From NCBI GenBank assembly GCA_048128005.1, contig JBEUKZ010000031.1:186001-250000 (forward strand): DNA of 64,000 bases. Direction: 5' to 3'. The translations under genes and the position numbers were made by a program. This document shows positions 1 to 13,189 of this stretch, one piece after another. The DNA is from Veleropilina oligotropha. Its lineage: Eukaryota. Position 1 is the stretch's first letter. Every line of letters begins with the position of its first letter. Under the pieces are notes generated by a model. The model was not told where the DNA came from. It worked only from the letters and a program-made list of their open reading frames with translations, and searched no databases.

Positions 1-1338
1 ACAGTGCCCTTTGATTTTTGCTACCGTGGGAAGGGATACATCCCCTCGACTTGCCGGTTGAGGATTCGATAGTTGTTAATTTACCATTGCGGGAGATATT
101 GCAGGGATGTGGTGTTAAAATTAACGATCCACCGGGGGGATGGGGGGCGATATGTCTTCTTCTGATGACTCTTGTTTACTTAGACGATGATGTTATGGTC
201 TACCGACTTGGGTTTTTTTCCACCCCATTACCATTTAGAAAACATGAAGTTTTGTGATGATGTGCAAATCAAAATGCCTTTACAATCTTCACAGATTTGC
301 ATCTAATGGTATCCTTACCAATATCAGTTTTGAATACGTTGAGACATAACTGAAATGTATTGACAAAATGTAACAGAGTGGAAAAATTGGTAACGGAGTA
401 GAAATATTTGATAGAACTGGTAAAAGCTTTTTTGCACAACTGAATTATCTATATGCTCAATAATAGGCACTTAGCATAAAGAGTTGATGCTAATTTAAAC
501 ATGAATTTCAAAATTATTTTATGCATAATTAAAAGAAAACTAATAGTAACCGGTAACTCCTTCAGAAATTGCAGGACGATGGGACAGATACGTTTGTTTA
601 CACCTCATCAGATTGGTAAAATAAAGTGAATTGCATATATTATAGTGTACCAGAGGGCTTTACTTAACATAAAATAGAATATATCAATTATGGTGATAAT
701 TTCCATTCCGTTGCTCCTTCACTCCATTACAAGAAATGGTAACGGAGTGGCAGTAAAATGGTAACGGAGTGGAATATTTTTTCATGAAAATTGTTTGTAG
801 CCATCATAGACTTGGGAACAATTTGAAGATTCCTGTTCTTATGCATGAAGCCATCTTTCACTAATTTATCAATGATCTTTAAAATATTTGTTTTATGTTT
901 CCATGGTAACTATTGAAGGTAACGGAGTGGAGATTAAAAAGCATACTCATCTGATCCATCACATGTAATGGAAAATATTTGAGACAAGATGTTTGGCATT
1001 GCCATATGCAATGAATGATAGCAGCGAAGTTGGGGTTTACACAAACATTCTTTATGAATGGACCATATCTCATAGATCCAAGGCTTCTTCATGGGCAGCC
1101 ATGTTGTGTCAGCTGACTGTTCGCTGTCATTTTGTTTATAATATCGTTCAAAATGAATAGTTAGCTAACGTTAGGTGGCATATGCTAACGTTCGCTTCAA
1201 TTGAACTCGCCCCAGATGTCCTTGAAGATATTTTGTGACTGTACACAGTCAACAGTTATTTTTTTATTTAGATGTACCAAACAAACATGGTGGTTCTATA
1301 GATATATGAGTAAGAAGGTTAATTGTTGCTACTTGTCC

Positions 1339-1599
1339 CGGCCGCTTCGGCAGCACGGTGGGTAGAGTGTTCACTCTAACTTCACTGGATTGATTCCGCT
1401 AATGCGAACAGTAGTGGGTTCAATACCTGGCTGAGGCATTGAAATTTGTTCAAGTTATGAATCCCAGTTGTCCGTGACTGGCCGAAGAGGGCGGGTTTAC
1501 CCGGGCGACCGGGGTTTCCTCCCGCGATAACACGGACATGTCCTGCCTTGAACCTCGATGTTGTAAATATACAGGACATTAAGCATCATTCCTCCCTCC
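1339..1599 (+). mobile_element. tRNA-derived SINE, full-length copy with 11-bp target-site duplication
   Basis: Head has pol III A-box/B-box-like motifs (ggcagcacggtgggtag ... gggttcaatacc). Body contains gggtttacccgggcgaccggggtttcctccc and the tail aaatatacaggacattaagcatc. Flanked by gctacttgtcc at 1328-1338 and 1600-1610. About 11 related copies occur in the window. Confidence 0.85.
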
Positions 1600-2121
1600 G
1601 CTACTTGTCCGGGTGTTTCTGGTTATCACCATTGCACACAGCATCGCTTCATTTCATCATTACTCTTTCATGTCCTCAATTATAACATATAAATTGTTGG
1701 AGTGGCTATTATAAAGCATCATTTACAGGATTCAATCTTTCTCATCAAAGAATAATACTGAGACGTCATAGACATGACACTGGTCCACAACACCAAGCAT
1801 CCTGAATTCGATCCCACATCTTTCAAAGCAATGTTACAAATTTTTCTGGTATTTATGTTAAAAACAATCAATCTATTATTATTAATTATGGAAAAATTGC
1901 ACAAAATATCAACACCTTTGATGTAAGGTGTAATATCTAATTATAGAAGATATTTTTGTTTCTCCGACTCATTTTAAATAAATTTTGAACGTACACCATG
2001 TTGATCTCTTGATATATAATTATTTCTCTTTTTGCGAAGATCAACCAAAGTTTTGAACAGCCACTGACACATAATATAACAAATAGTGAACTTAATCATT
2101 CTGTTATTGTGTTTCTCTCAG

Positions 2122-2258
2122 GAGTTTCAGAATCTGTGGCCTCAGCTTGACCTAGTGTTTGATGGTGGGCAGCTCAGTGACAGCCCAATGTCCAGACTAG
2201 GGTCAACCGTCATTGACCTCTCCATGAAAGGGACATATAGAATCATTCGACAAGGCTG
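2122..2258 (+). CDS. YRDC: YrdC/Sua5 threonylcarbamoyl-AMP synthase, penultimate coding exon
   Basis: Acceptor tttctctcag and donor gtgag. Translates EFQNLWPQLDLVFDGGQLSDSPMSRLGSTVIDLSMKGTYRIIRQG(C), matching the animal YRDC C-terminal motif (EFxxLWPQL...DGG...RLGSTVxDLS...IIRxGC). Upstream exons were not found in the window. Confidence 0.93.
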
Positions 2259-2707
2259 GTGAGTTATGTGGCAGCACTTAAGATGATAATAAATGTACAA
2301 ACATTATTGTTTTATAACAAAACAACATGCAAAACGAACCATTTCAAAATCATGATCCAGACCGTACCACGGAGTTGGTTCATGAGTGTACGTACAGGAT
2401 TGGATTGAAAGTCTTTTCACATTATCTATTTTTCAGTCATATCTCAACATATCTATTCGAAGGACGGGTAACAATTATGTTTAAATTCTCTCATGTTATT
2501 TTCAAGGATGACAATATTAAAGACATAATTATCGACCATGAAATTGTATTATAGATAATTTTTACTTATTTTTTTAACTTTTTGGAAAATGAAAATTTTG
2601 ACTTTTCGACCTTCAGAACCATGAACAAAATATTCTACATGAAATTGGAACCCCATTCCACTGATTCTGATGCTCTACCTTTAACTTTTCTTGTATTTTT
2701 ATTTTAG

Positions 2708-2771
2708 TGCATACAAGAATACGTGTGATATATTGAAGAACAAATACAACCTTGTTGAGGAGAAAACATGA
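2708..2771 (+). CDS. YRDC: YRDC terminal coding exon
   Basis: Polypyrimidine tract plus ttttag acceptor. Phase-2 splice completes Cys and reads CAYKNTCDILKNKYNLVEEKT*, similar to the vertebrate YRDC end (CAxxxTxxILxxKYxL). Confidence 0.88.
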
Positions 2772-3515
2772 CTTGGGCAAGAATGAAGGGATTAACATTA
2801 AATGTACATCTGGTATAGACTGCACGAGACAGTGAGTAAACCACTCAGGAATAGCTGGAGTGAGCTGCATTGCATAATATACTCGCTCTCTTTAAGATCT
2901 TACTCATTGGTCTAGAGGAATCGAGTAACATCCTGTATATATTACTTAATATGTCTGACACTAAATGACATCTCTTCAACTACGAGATGACGATACGTCA
3001 CAGGATACTACGGCAGCTGATATATGTCCCCTGGAGGAACTGGAATCTTACACATTTGTACATAACATAAGACTTCTTTTTAACATAATAATGTATTGCT
3101 AAAGTCTTTTTATTATAAAATATTTACAATGGTGTTATAGATTTATTATAAATATTGTTTTAACACTTTTATGAATATTTCTTGAATATCGTTGTGACAT
3201 GTCAAGCATCAAAAATGTGTATCATATTAAATATGCTTCCCTAAATGAAGGAATAAACATGGACTTGTGGAGGTTACTGGTATTTCATATACACGTGTGC
3301 TTTTAACAACTTTAAACTGTCTATTGATTGAAGCACAACTCATAATGATAGTGTCCAAAATTTTGTGGTTTGGCATTGAAGAATGATAGTATGATACCAA
3401 ATATCGAGCATGGTTGGATGTTTTGTCATTTATCTCTTCATGCGGCCACTCTGGTGCTGACTCTGCTTGCTTCAAGAAGGGTTTGAGTTCTCTGCAAGAG
3501 ATTTTGTGGAATTAA

Positions 3516-4081
3516 AGATGTATTGCCCGTAAGTAGCGAAAAACACTTTTAATTTTAAACCTTAGACCGCAAACGTATTTTTGCCAGTTGCCTCAAGTTA
3601 GAAACTTTACAATTTTTCCAAAATATTCTATAGACCGAGTCCCTGAAGCGCCTACGAATTAAAAGAAAAAATAATAATAAAACCTGGTCTGCTTTTATTA
3701 TTTGGGCGACGGACGCTCGTCGAAGGGAATTTCGTGAAGTTGGGCACTGTCGAAGTTAACTTTGGCTTTGTGGACAATTGAGCTGCAAACTTATCACTAA
3801 TTAACAAATTTACAGTACTGTCACATCGCATGCAAATTCGATAAATTAATTATTCGTATTTGACGTAGCGTCTGCATGTTTCGATAAAAAGTATACTCGA
3901 AAATGAACGAGTCGTCTTGTTCGTCGATTTCCGAATTGGAAATTGTACGAATTGCAGGCATCCTTGGTAATTTTAATGTAGATTCTTTCACTTTGAATCA
4001 TCAAAACTTTTTATAACATCTACATATAGGTAAGGCATTTGAGGGCATTACCGGTATGTCATAATTATGGGCAATACATCT
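3516..4081. mobile_element. Kolobok-type MITE (TTAA target duplication)
   Basis: TTAA|agatgtattgcccgtaa ... ttatgggcaatacatct|TTAA: 17-bp TIR with one mismatch, purine-purine 5' terminus. Confidence 0.75.
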
Positions 4082-4360
4082 TTAACAATCACAGTTCCCC
4101 ATGCATGGTTGGTTACTGGTGTGTGGTTTCATCGAACAATTCTTACTTTCTTACAACTTAAAACATGAAGTGCGGAAGCCACACATTATCCCATCGGCCT
4201 AGTCGTAATTGATGGAGTGTAAATGTTTAAGTTGATAAAGGGAAATAACTGCACAAAAACTTTTCAAAATTCTAGCAAACCTTTACCCCTTTGCTTTATT
4301 TTCAACACAGTAAGAAGATTTGAACAATATCTGATGCGAAGTTCTGAAGATAATTGACGG

Positions 4361-5383
4361 AAACTAAATATTTATGTCGAAAAAGAGAGACAACTGTGGA
4401 AATATTTGTAAAGGTTCTGCCGAAATCGAATTGACCTCCGAGCTATTCTTTGGAAACGAGTCATAAGATATGAACGACATCCGATGCGCGGTCAAGAAGA
4501 TAATTGATGTAAACGAAGTGTTTATGTCGATAAGGGGCATAACTGTCGTAATATTTGTCCGAATAATACCAAATTCAATAGGCATCTACTTTATGGCCCA
4601 AGGTACCTGCATACCGAATTTAAACTCCCAAGTCATCACGGTTATGGTGATATCCTGGTGACGTCATCAGGAACAAAAAATTTAGGTCGAAAAGTGGGAT
4701 AACTGCAAATATTTGTCGGAATAATATCAAATTCAATAGGAACCTGGTTTAAGTGCCAATAAACATGCTTACCAAATGTGAACCCCTAGCTTTTACGGTT
4801 TTCCTGATATATTGTTCACGTCGTCAGAAACGGAATTTTTGTCGAAAAGGGGGATAACTGTGCAAATATTTGTCGGAATAACATCAAATTTAATAGGAAT
4901 CTAGTTTATGTTCCAATAAATGTGCATACGAAATTTGAAGTCCCTACCTATGAGGCTTTTCCTGATATCATATTGATATTATTCACGTCGTCTATACAGA
5001 AGGACGGGACATTTTTATCGAAAAGGGAGGAAAACTGTGCGGGTGCCTAAATATTTGTCGGAATAACCTCAAATTCAATAGGAATTAACCTAGTTTATGT
5101 CCCAATGAACCTGCATACCAAATTTGAAGTCCCTACCTAGGACGGTTTTCCTGATATCTTGTTCACGTCGTCTATACAGTATAGGATATTTTTGTTGAAA
5201 AGGGAGGATAACTCTGCAAATATTCGGCGGAATAATCTCAAATTCAATAGCAACCTAGTTTATGTCCAAATAAACCTGCATATCAAATTTGAACTCCCTA
5301 GCTATTACGGTTTCCTGTTCACGGACGGACGGACTACATGATGACATAATCCCATGGTTTTATAAAAACCGATGAGATAAAAA
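4361..5383 (-). mobile_element. Helentron/HINE-like non-autonomous element with internal ~150-170 bp tandem repeats
   Basis: (GGAC)n microsatellite and terminal stem near 5320-5383; about six diverged tandem units sharing atatttgtcggaataa...aaattcaatagg. Confidence 0.65.
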
Positions 5384-6054
5384 TATCCTGTGAATAAAAT
5401 TTACAATGATCAAAGGTAAATGTAGGTGTGGCTAAAGCGTATTAAATACAATTTTATCATCACGTCTCGGATCTGAATGCACGATGCAACTTATCGTTCA
5501 TAGTACAGTGTACATGTATATTAACATACTAGGAATGTACTACAGGAAACGGGACCGTGATCATTCGTACCACGGACAACTTATTCACAGTCAACTTGAT
5601 CGTGCCTTGCCCCAATCTAATGAATTGGTTATTAACCATATGCCAACACATTAACAAAGTTTCATCAACCTTTTAGTAATCCTGCTCAGTGCTGATGAAC
5701 AAGCTAATAAATAACACTGCCAAAATATAATAATTAAATTCTTTGGTGGAGGTAATTAATATGTTGTAACTTCATTACGTGTAAGTACTATGTATACCTA
5801 GAAAGAGGCAGGCAGATAGCATCAACGTTTGTCATGTATTGATCCTTCGTGATTCGGTAAACTTTGTTGTGCTTCATGAAATTTACCAATGTTGAGGAAG
5901 CAAATTAAGGACATGCCCAGAAGCTGATTCGTTTTTTAAACCATCTCAAAGTATGGTTTGAAATTTGTGTCGATAATTTTTGTCACCCTGTATGCTCGTT
6001 ACGAGTAATTTATGTGTAAAAAATATTTTATTGAGTACAAAGATTTAATTATAA

Positions 6055-6260
6055 TCAAATTAATATTATGTGTAGTCGTAATAAAATAACCACAACAGCT
6101 GCAAATGGAACAACCAGGAATGTTTTTGATTGCGTCTGCCCATTACATAGGTCTTTATCGGAACAGTAGCATGCAGCTCTGGAGTGACTGTGTCCATAGC
6201 AGTCATCCGTCATGTTGGACAGTAGGACGTCCATGATACACTCCCTGAATACCATGTTAG
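6055..6260 (-). CDS. Ly6/uPAR three-finger GPI-anchored protein (quiver/sleepless-like), last coding exon
   Basis: Acceptor tttgcag, phase 1. Reads (P)NMVFRECIM...DDCYGHSHSRAACYCSDKDLCN followed by a hydrophobic GPI-signal tail and stop. Confidence 0.88.
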
Positions 6261-6321
6261 CTGCAAATAGAATACATAACTTATAAGGTTAGTGACTGTG
6301 AAATGAATGGATTGAATTGGA

Positions 6322-6580
6322 AAGAAAAGATCGATGTTTAATGTCCTGTATATTTAAAAGTTAAAACCATCAGATTCAAAGCAGAACAGGTCAATATTAT
6401 CGTTAGGGAAACGCCCGGTCGCCCAGGGAAACCCGCCCGCTGACCTGTTACGGACGACTGTGATTCATAACTGAACAAATAATGTTGTGTCCCAACAGAG
6501 ATTTGAACCCACTGTCAGCGGAATCAAACCAGTGATTTTCGGAGTCTGCAACTGAAACCACACGACTGTCGGAGCGGCCG
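6322..6580 (-). mobile_element. tRNA-derived SINE copy (intron of the Ly6 gene)
   Basis: Reverse complement of the 1339-1599 element along its whole length. Confidence 0.8.
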
Positions 6581-6677
6581 TGACATCATTGGGAGTAGCT
6601 GATGTTCAAAATGATGTCCTTTCCATCCCGATTTCTCACCGTTTCTGAATGGATGGATATTTCAGATTGTGAGTTAA

Positions 6678-7425
6678 AGAGACTATTGCCCGTAAATTCG
6701 CTCTTTTCGTGACTGTATAGGCTGTATGACTGATCACCGTCCATCGCACAGTTCGCGCAAATTGATACAAATTTCGCGAAGATATGATTGATATATGATC
6801 AAATGATATATTTTTATTGAAATTATTAATGTAACTGGGCAATATATGTTATTATTGTCAAGTAGAAAGCTATCTTACTTGACCAGCAGAAACCTACGCA
6901 ACTGTGCTCCAACTAGGTCAATTGGAAATTCACACAGTCACTGAGTGTGAGGTAATTTAACGCGGACCGCATTTAAGAGACTATTGCCCTTAAATGCGCT
7001 CTTTCGCACGAGTTGTCTCTGGCACGAGTTGTGCTGACACCATCTATCGCCCGGTTCATGCAGATTGATACAAATTTCGCAAGATATGATCGATATATGA
7101 TCAAATGATATATTTTTATTGAAATTATTATTGTAACTGGGCAATATATGTTATTGTCGAGTAGAAAGCTATCTTACTTGAAGAGCAGAAACCAACGCAA
7201 CTGTGCTCCAACTAGGTCAATCGGAAATGAACTCTGTGCGAAGTAATTAAACACAGACCGCATATTATTATTTTTAAATATTCAGTAGCGATTAATTTAA
7301 ATGGTAGCAAATTACTGAGGAAAGTTGAGTGTTGAAAATTCCTAACTTTTTATGTTAAACAAAAAGTGTAATGCGGTTAGTTTTCTTTTAAAAAAGAAAG
7401 AGTGCATTTACGGGTAATAGTCTCT
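6678..7425. mobile_element. Kolobok-type MITE with internal ~300-bp tandem duplication
   Basis: TTAA|agagactattgcccgtaaat ... atttacgggtaatagtctct|TTAA. Segment ~6674-6972 is repeated at ~6973-7262, which explains the twin ORFs MPSY... Confidence 0.75.
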
Positions 7426-7593
7426 TTAATTGTTTATTCACTCATCAAGATTCTCATCATTATCGCGCATGATAGATATTCTATTCATTGGTCAGCGATA
7501 CAATCATACATACAGAGAAAACATCTTTCAACACTCGCAAGAGATCCACAAATAAATTAAAAATGTAATTAAATTTTGCACATCTATACTTAC

Positions 7594-7737
7594 GCACGTG
7601 CCTAATCGACGTGATGACCTTAGAGCATATTAAGCAGCCTGGCTGTGCATACATTGCCATATCATCCTTTATTATCGGGTCCAATGAGCAGCCAAGATCG
7701 GTGTCGTTGCAGTGGTAACAAGTTAATGCTTCCGATC
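7594..7737 (-). CDS. Ly6/uPAR protein, middle coding exon
   Basis: Acceptor tgtttcag, donor gtaagt, 144 nt, phase 1-1. Reads SEALTCYHCNDTDLGC...PGCLICSK, the canonical LxCYxC start of a three-finger domain. Confidence 0.88.
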
Positions 7738-8444
7738 CTGAAACAGACGGCATGCTGCCCCATTGCATCAATCGTTACAATGACACATGTTCATGATAAT
7801 GTTTGAAAATAAATATTTGACAAATGTACTGTAAAACATTATATTATAATTTATTGCGACATCAAATTATTGCGATTTGTGAAATTAAAAAATAATCATT
7901 AATGCGACATGATATTATTGCGTTTTCATCCCTGTAAGTTGGTAAAAATGTATTGTCTAATTAAGTAAACAGCTCGTAACTATGAATGTCGATGCAAGAA
8001 GCTGTCAAGAAGTAATCTCTAAAATACACAATCAGCCTGTACACATTGTGTGCTAAGCTGAGTAATCCTGACAAAAGATGGTGAATTCAATAGTACCGGT
8101 AGCAATTGTTCCATTATGGCAGGACTTTTCGATTCATGTTCATAAACGTATTTTATATAATTATAAAGGATTTATTTTATTGTCTTCAATTGTTTTGTTT
8201 CATTCCCTTGTGCAATATGACTTACTAGTATTGTCTGACTACTCGACGTGTTCTGGCTTGCTAATATATGTTCCAATTATTACTACTACTTTCTACAAAT
8301 TAATAGAACTAGAAAAATATTGTGACGTTATAATTGCGATCACAGGTCACTCGCCATATTCGCAATAATATCATGTACGCAATAATTTCATGTTTTACAG
8401 TATTTAATTTAATGCTTCAGACATCTCCAATTATTCGTAACTCA

Positions 8445-9538
8445 TTATTGTCCCCCGCCGCGAGGCGGACGGGGGACATAGTATTCACGTCCGTCCGTCC
8501 GTCCGTCCTTCCGTCCGTCCGTCCCGTCCGTCCGTCCGTGTTTCCGTCCCGGATTTTTCTGTCATCTTTTTTTGTCATTTAGAGAAATGGTAGCTTTCCG
8601 AAACTTTACAGGTCAATTAACCACATCATTGAGTAGATCAAGTTCGAATATTGGAAATTTATTATGAAAACTTATGATTTTTGGCAACTTTTTGACTATT
8701 TTGAACATAGTCTCTGGAAGCATGGATGTGGTCAATTTTCCGTCAACAATTTTTTACATTTAGAGAAATGCTAGCTTTCCGAAACTTTACAGGTCAACTA
8801 ACCACATCATTGGGTAGATCAAGTTCGAATATTTGGAATTTATTTTAAAACTTTATGTTTTTATTGCAACTTTTCGGCGATTTTGAACATAGTCTCTGCA
8901 AGCATGGGTGTGGTCAATTTTATCACAACAATTTTTTACATTTAGAGAAATGCTAGCTTTGCAAAACTTTACAGATCAACAAATCACATCATGGGGTAGA
9001 TCAAGTTCGATTATTGAGAATTTATTTTAAAAATTGAATATAATTTTTGACAACTTTGGACTTAAATTTGTACCCAAAAAACTCACTAAATTATTTTCCT
9101 TTACAGACTTGTTTCATTTTCAGAGATGCTAGCTTTCTGAAGCTTTACAGATCAATTAACCCCATCATGGGGTAGATCAGGTTCAAATATTGGGGATTTT
9201 TTGAAACATTGATTTATTGCTGACTTTTGCCGATTTAAAACATAGTCTTTGGATGTATGAAATTTATCAATTTTCTCTAAACTAAGTTTTCCTTTTAGAG
9301 AAATATTAGCTTTCTGAAACTTCACAGATCAACTAACCACATAATGGGATGGATAAAGTTTAGAATAATGAAAATTATTTAATTTATATTTACACTTAGT
9401 CTATCTATCTCTTTAGCCTCTGATGGCAGGAAATCTTTCTTAATTCTCATTGAGTTACTGATACACAGCGTGCAAAAATATATATGCGGTCAATAATACG
9501 GGCGGGGGACAATCGCCACTTAGTGGCAATCACTTGTT
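8445..9538 (+). mobile_element. Helentron/HINE-like element with ~180-bp internal tandem repeats
   Basis: Sub-terminal inverted repeat tgtcccccgcc / ggcgggggaca, (GTCC)n microsatellite, ~5 units beginning tttagagaaatg, 3' hairpin gccacttagtggc, ends cttgtt. Confidence 0.8.
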
Positions 9539-9919
9539 TATATTGTAATACATACTATGAGCTTGATATCTGAACAGTAGGACATTGTCACAAGTAGTTT
9601 CATTTACTCCATTGTTTCAGTTAATTTCCCAAATAATGAGATTAACTCGAGTTGTGGCCATATAATTACTAATAAAGAAATTGACAAGATGCTAGACTCC
9701 TTTGGGATGAGACTGAATTTCCCAGAAAACCCAGCAAAAAACATCAATTTAAAAGGTTTATATTACAATGTCATGTATTCTCTATATTAAATACTTGTAT
9801 AATCAAGAAGAATTTCAAGTTCATGTGCAGACTATTAAGTTAATATTTGGGCATAATAAGCAAAACTTGCATATAGATAAAACTAGATTAAACTTGATCT
9901 TAAACAACGTGATTCTTAC

Positions 9920-9965
9920 CTGAAAAGAACACCAATAATAGCCCAAGAATGTATACAGCAGACAT
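9920..9965 (-). CDS. Ly6/uPAR protein, signal-peptide exon
   Basis: ATG at 9965, MSAVYILGLLLVFFSG, phase-1 donor gtaag. Splices in frame to the 7737 exon, giving a 131-aa protein. An upstream acceptor (ttttccag) implies a further 5'UTR exon. Confidence 0.8.
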
Positions 9966-11913
9966 TTTCACTAAATAGCCTACTGGAAAACAAAAAATAT
10001 AATTAATAGTTTCTTTAAAATATACTGTAACTGTATATGTTTTCTGATCATATATGACCTTAAACCAGTGATCATGAGTGTGATATGAATGGATATCTGG
10101 TAAAACGGGTCTTAAAACAAACAATGTAGGCCTAATAAAAAAATATTCATTTCTGGATTTCAATCTGATCTGCCTACGGGCATGTGCAACTGTGTACCAC
10201 TGCCAGTATAGGCCTACCGGTAGTTAAAATGACTAGCAGTAGAGAGATGCAATTAACACAAACATCTTCGTTCATATTAAACTGATTTTTGTATGACCAT
10301 GATATTTGCATTGACGTCACATTTATGAAAATTGAAGTCAAGTTTCAAATTTTTGGTATATTTTTAGTTTTAATTTATATTTCTCATCGAACAGCAAAAT
10401 GAATATTCAAACCGATTTTGGAACAATTAAAATTCCGTAGATGGAAAATTATATTCATGAGCATGTTGGGTTGAAAGTGGAGAACATGAATTCAGGTTCG
10501 TGTCAAGGCTTTTTGTGTTCATAATCACATCACGTTCGATTTGGAAATATGTGTCGACGAGGGAGAAAACACAAAATCACCATATTGAAGAAAACGCACG
10601 ATATGACACAAATATGCACAAAACGAACAGCGGGTCGTACATGCAGAAAGGTTCATTAAAACTGTATGAAACACACACATTTTAACAAACGTTGAAACAT
10701 ATTAGAAATAGTAGGTCGCGTCTATATATTTATCCATTGGAGACAACGTGAATATCTGGACAAATTTAGGTTTTCTTACCACTGGGTGCAGTTCTTAAGT
10801 CGAACGTCAAAATTTAATAATTTGCTACTTCGTAAAACGTTATATCTCGGGCGTTTCCGTAAATTTTAGACTGCAGAATTACGCAATATAATAATTATTT
10901 CACCCAGATTAATGAAATTATCATTTTATGCAATGTAATTCAAATGTGTGTTTTATCGAATTCAAACAAACATATCATTCGGAAATTTTAATAGATTCTG
11001 TCATAAAACAATTATAAATTATTTGCACAGCAAAGCAATAATATGGATATATAATTTTATCATATATCCGGGTCATTTTACATAGCGCCAAAGTGTTTAA
11101 TAAAAACGATATTACACATGTTATTTGTGGCTTTCTGTGTAATTTTGATTGGATAATTTAATCAATGGGACCGTACAGCTAATTGTAGAACAGGTCACAA
11201 AAGATCATTAATTGCCAGTAATTGAGGACTTCTTTCAATACTACGATTTTTACTATGAACGTGGTTATTGCAGTGTTGCAGGAATAGTACTCGTATGCGC
11301 AACTAACGATCAATATTTAGTAAAACTATTAGGTGCAGATATCCATGTAAGATCGTTTAACTCCCGATTATCATAGCATGCAAAATTCAATGTATTAGTT
11401 TGCAATTTACTTTCCGTTATGCAGTCTGTTGGTGTACATTTCATTCACAGCAATTATAGCAGCCATATTGCCGTCGCTTCGATATCATTTTAGATGGAAG
11501 CTAACATATTAATGTTGCAATTTTATAAAATTATTCTGAAAACGTGTTTTATAATTGTTAACATATATAAAGCCGACAAATTTTTCCTGATTCTGATGTT
11601 TTATAATGTAAGTTGACGAAATTTCGCCGTGAAGCAGACGGCAAATAGTTTCAATGTCCACAACGTTAACGAATTCGACATACAAGCTTCATGCGTGCCG
11701 CGCATTTAATGTTCTTTGAATAGAGCTTGTTGGCTTAGTATAATATTGATCAAGCGTCGGTAAGAACGGGGATTATTTTTTACACCCATTGCTACATTTC
11801 CATGACGTCAACAATCACATTTTCACCTTCCATTACTACGCCGCGTTATTATGTTAGAACGCGTCAACAAAATTAAAAGCAACTTTGTACAGCTTGTTTC
11901 TTTATAAATTTAA

Positions 11914-12098
11914 GATATATTTGATAAATAGAATCTCACATTCGTGGTCATTTAATATCACATTTATGAAACTTGTTCTCTAATTTTCATATTTCTTAGG
12001 TGAAACCTCGGAAAACATGAAAATTAGTTAACTCGTTTCATAAATGTGATATTAAATGACCACTTTAGTCTTAAAGTCTTATGTGAGAACCCTCTATA
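11914..12098. repeat. Long hairpin (Crypton-type terminal palindrome, orphan)
   Basis: Perfect 29-bp arms at 11944-11972 / 12035-12063, plus inner and outer paired segments. Confidence 0.7.
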
Positions 12099-13189
12099 TC
12101 ATGTATAATGATCGATGAACACGTTAAATTATGCAAATCGCATATTCTGCGGGGTTATTGAATAGGCCTAGCTGTGTTACACCGTAATGGGTATTGTGAC
12201 TTTACCTTGAGCAGTTAAATTGCCTATGATATGTTTGAAATTGTATTTTATGGACATAATTCCATAAATGTTTTTTGAACTTCGCTAATTATTAGCAATT
12301 TAAATATAGTTGCAGTTAACTGGCTCGAATTAGTTTTTATTTTACCTATCAACTGGAATTATTTATGACACTTTAATCGTGCAAATATAAATTTGACTAA
12401 AGAAATAGGCTAATATTAGAATTTGCTTAACATTAGACGTTGCCCAAATCAACAAATACGTATTATCAATTGATTTTAACAAATTGGTGTGATTAGTATA
12501 TGAAATTTTATGGATTATGTTAATATTTTGTCACCATTGCTTTGATCTCAAAAGAATGAATTATTCTGCTTATTTGTGATTTTTCAAAAGGCTGCTGTTT
12601 GCAGAAAATATTATTCTATAGATTATTGAAAGCAGACGCCAGTATTAAATTAATTAGTACTGTACAAAATAAGTACTCGGTGATCTGTGATCAGGGTCCG
12701 CTTTCCATATGTACGCGTTTTCGCGCCCAAAATCGCCGGCGTAAAAAATCGATATATGGTTATATTTGCATTTCCATTCAATGGTTCAAGCGCACGTTTC
12801 TGTGGAATTTCAGAAGCGTCATCAAGACGATCTATAAGTTGTCTGATTTATTGACGTAATATGAGGATTTAAATATGGAGTCAAACATGTACGTACGTGT
12901 GCGTCTTTGATCCAGAGTGCGGAAAAATCTGTCTGTGAGGTACGCTTTCAATGTAAGCGTTTTCGGGCGCAAAGTCGCGATTCAAAAAAGCGATATACTC
13001 ACATATATGAATAGGCCTATATGCATTTCCATTCATATCGTTTAAGCGAGCGCTTCTGTGGAATTTCTCGTCATGTCTTCCATTCCTTCTTCTTGCTTAG
13101 ATATTGTTGCCCCCCCCCCCCCAAAAAAAAAACCTTGTACAAATCTGGCAACGTCTTCAATGTTTTCGTTGTTCACTCAGCTTGGTTCC

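Noticed and set aside
200..960. Recurring aatggtaacggagtgg motif
   Set aside because: Probably subterminal repeats of a DNA-transposon remnant, but termini and TSD could not be defined.
1340..1440. Functional tRNA gene
   Set aside because: The tRNA-like head is fused to a SINE body and tail with a TSD, and is repeated in degenerate copies.
12700..13070. Diverged ~250-bp direct duplication upstream of the Ly6 gene as a regulatory module
   Set aside because: The duplication is visible, but nothing distinguishes it from a TE remnant.
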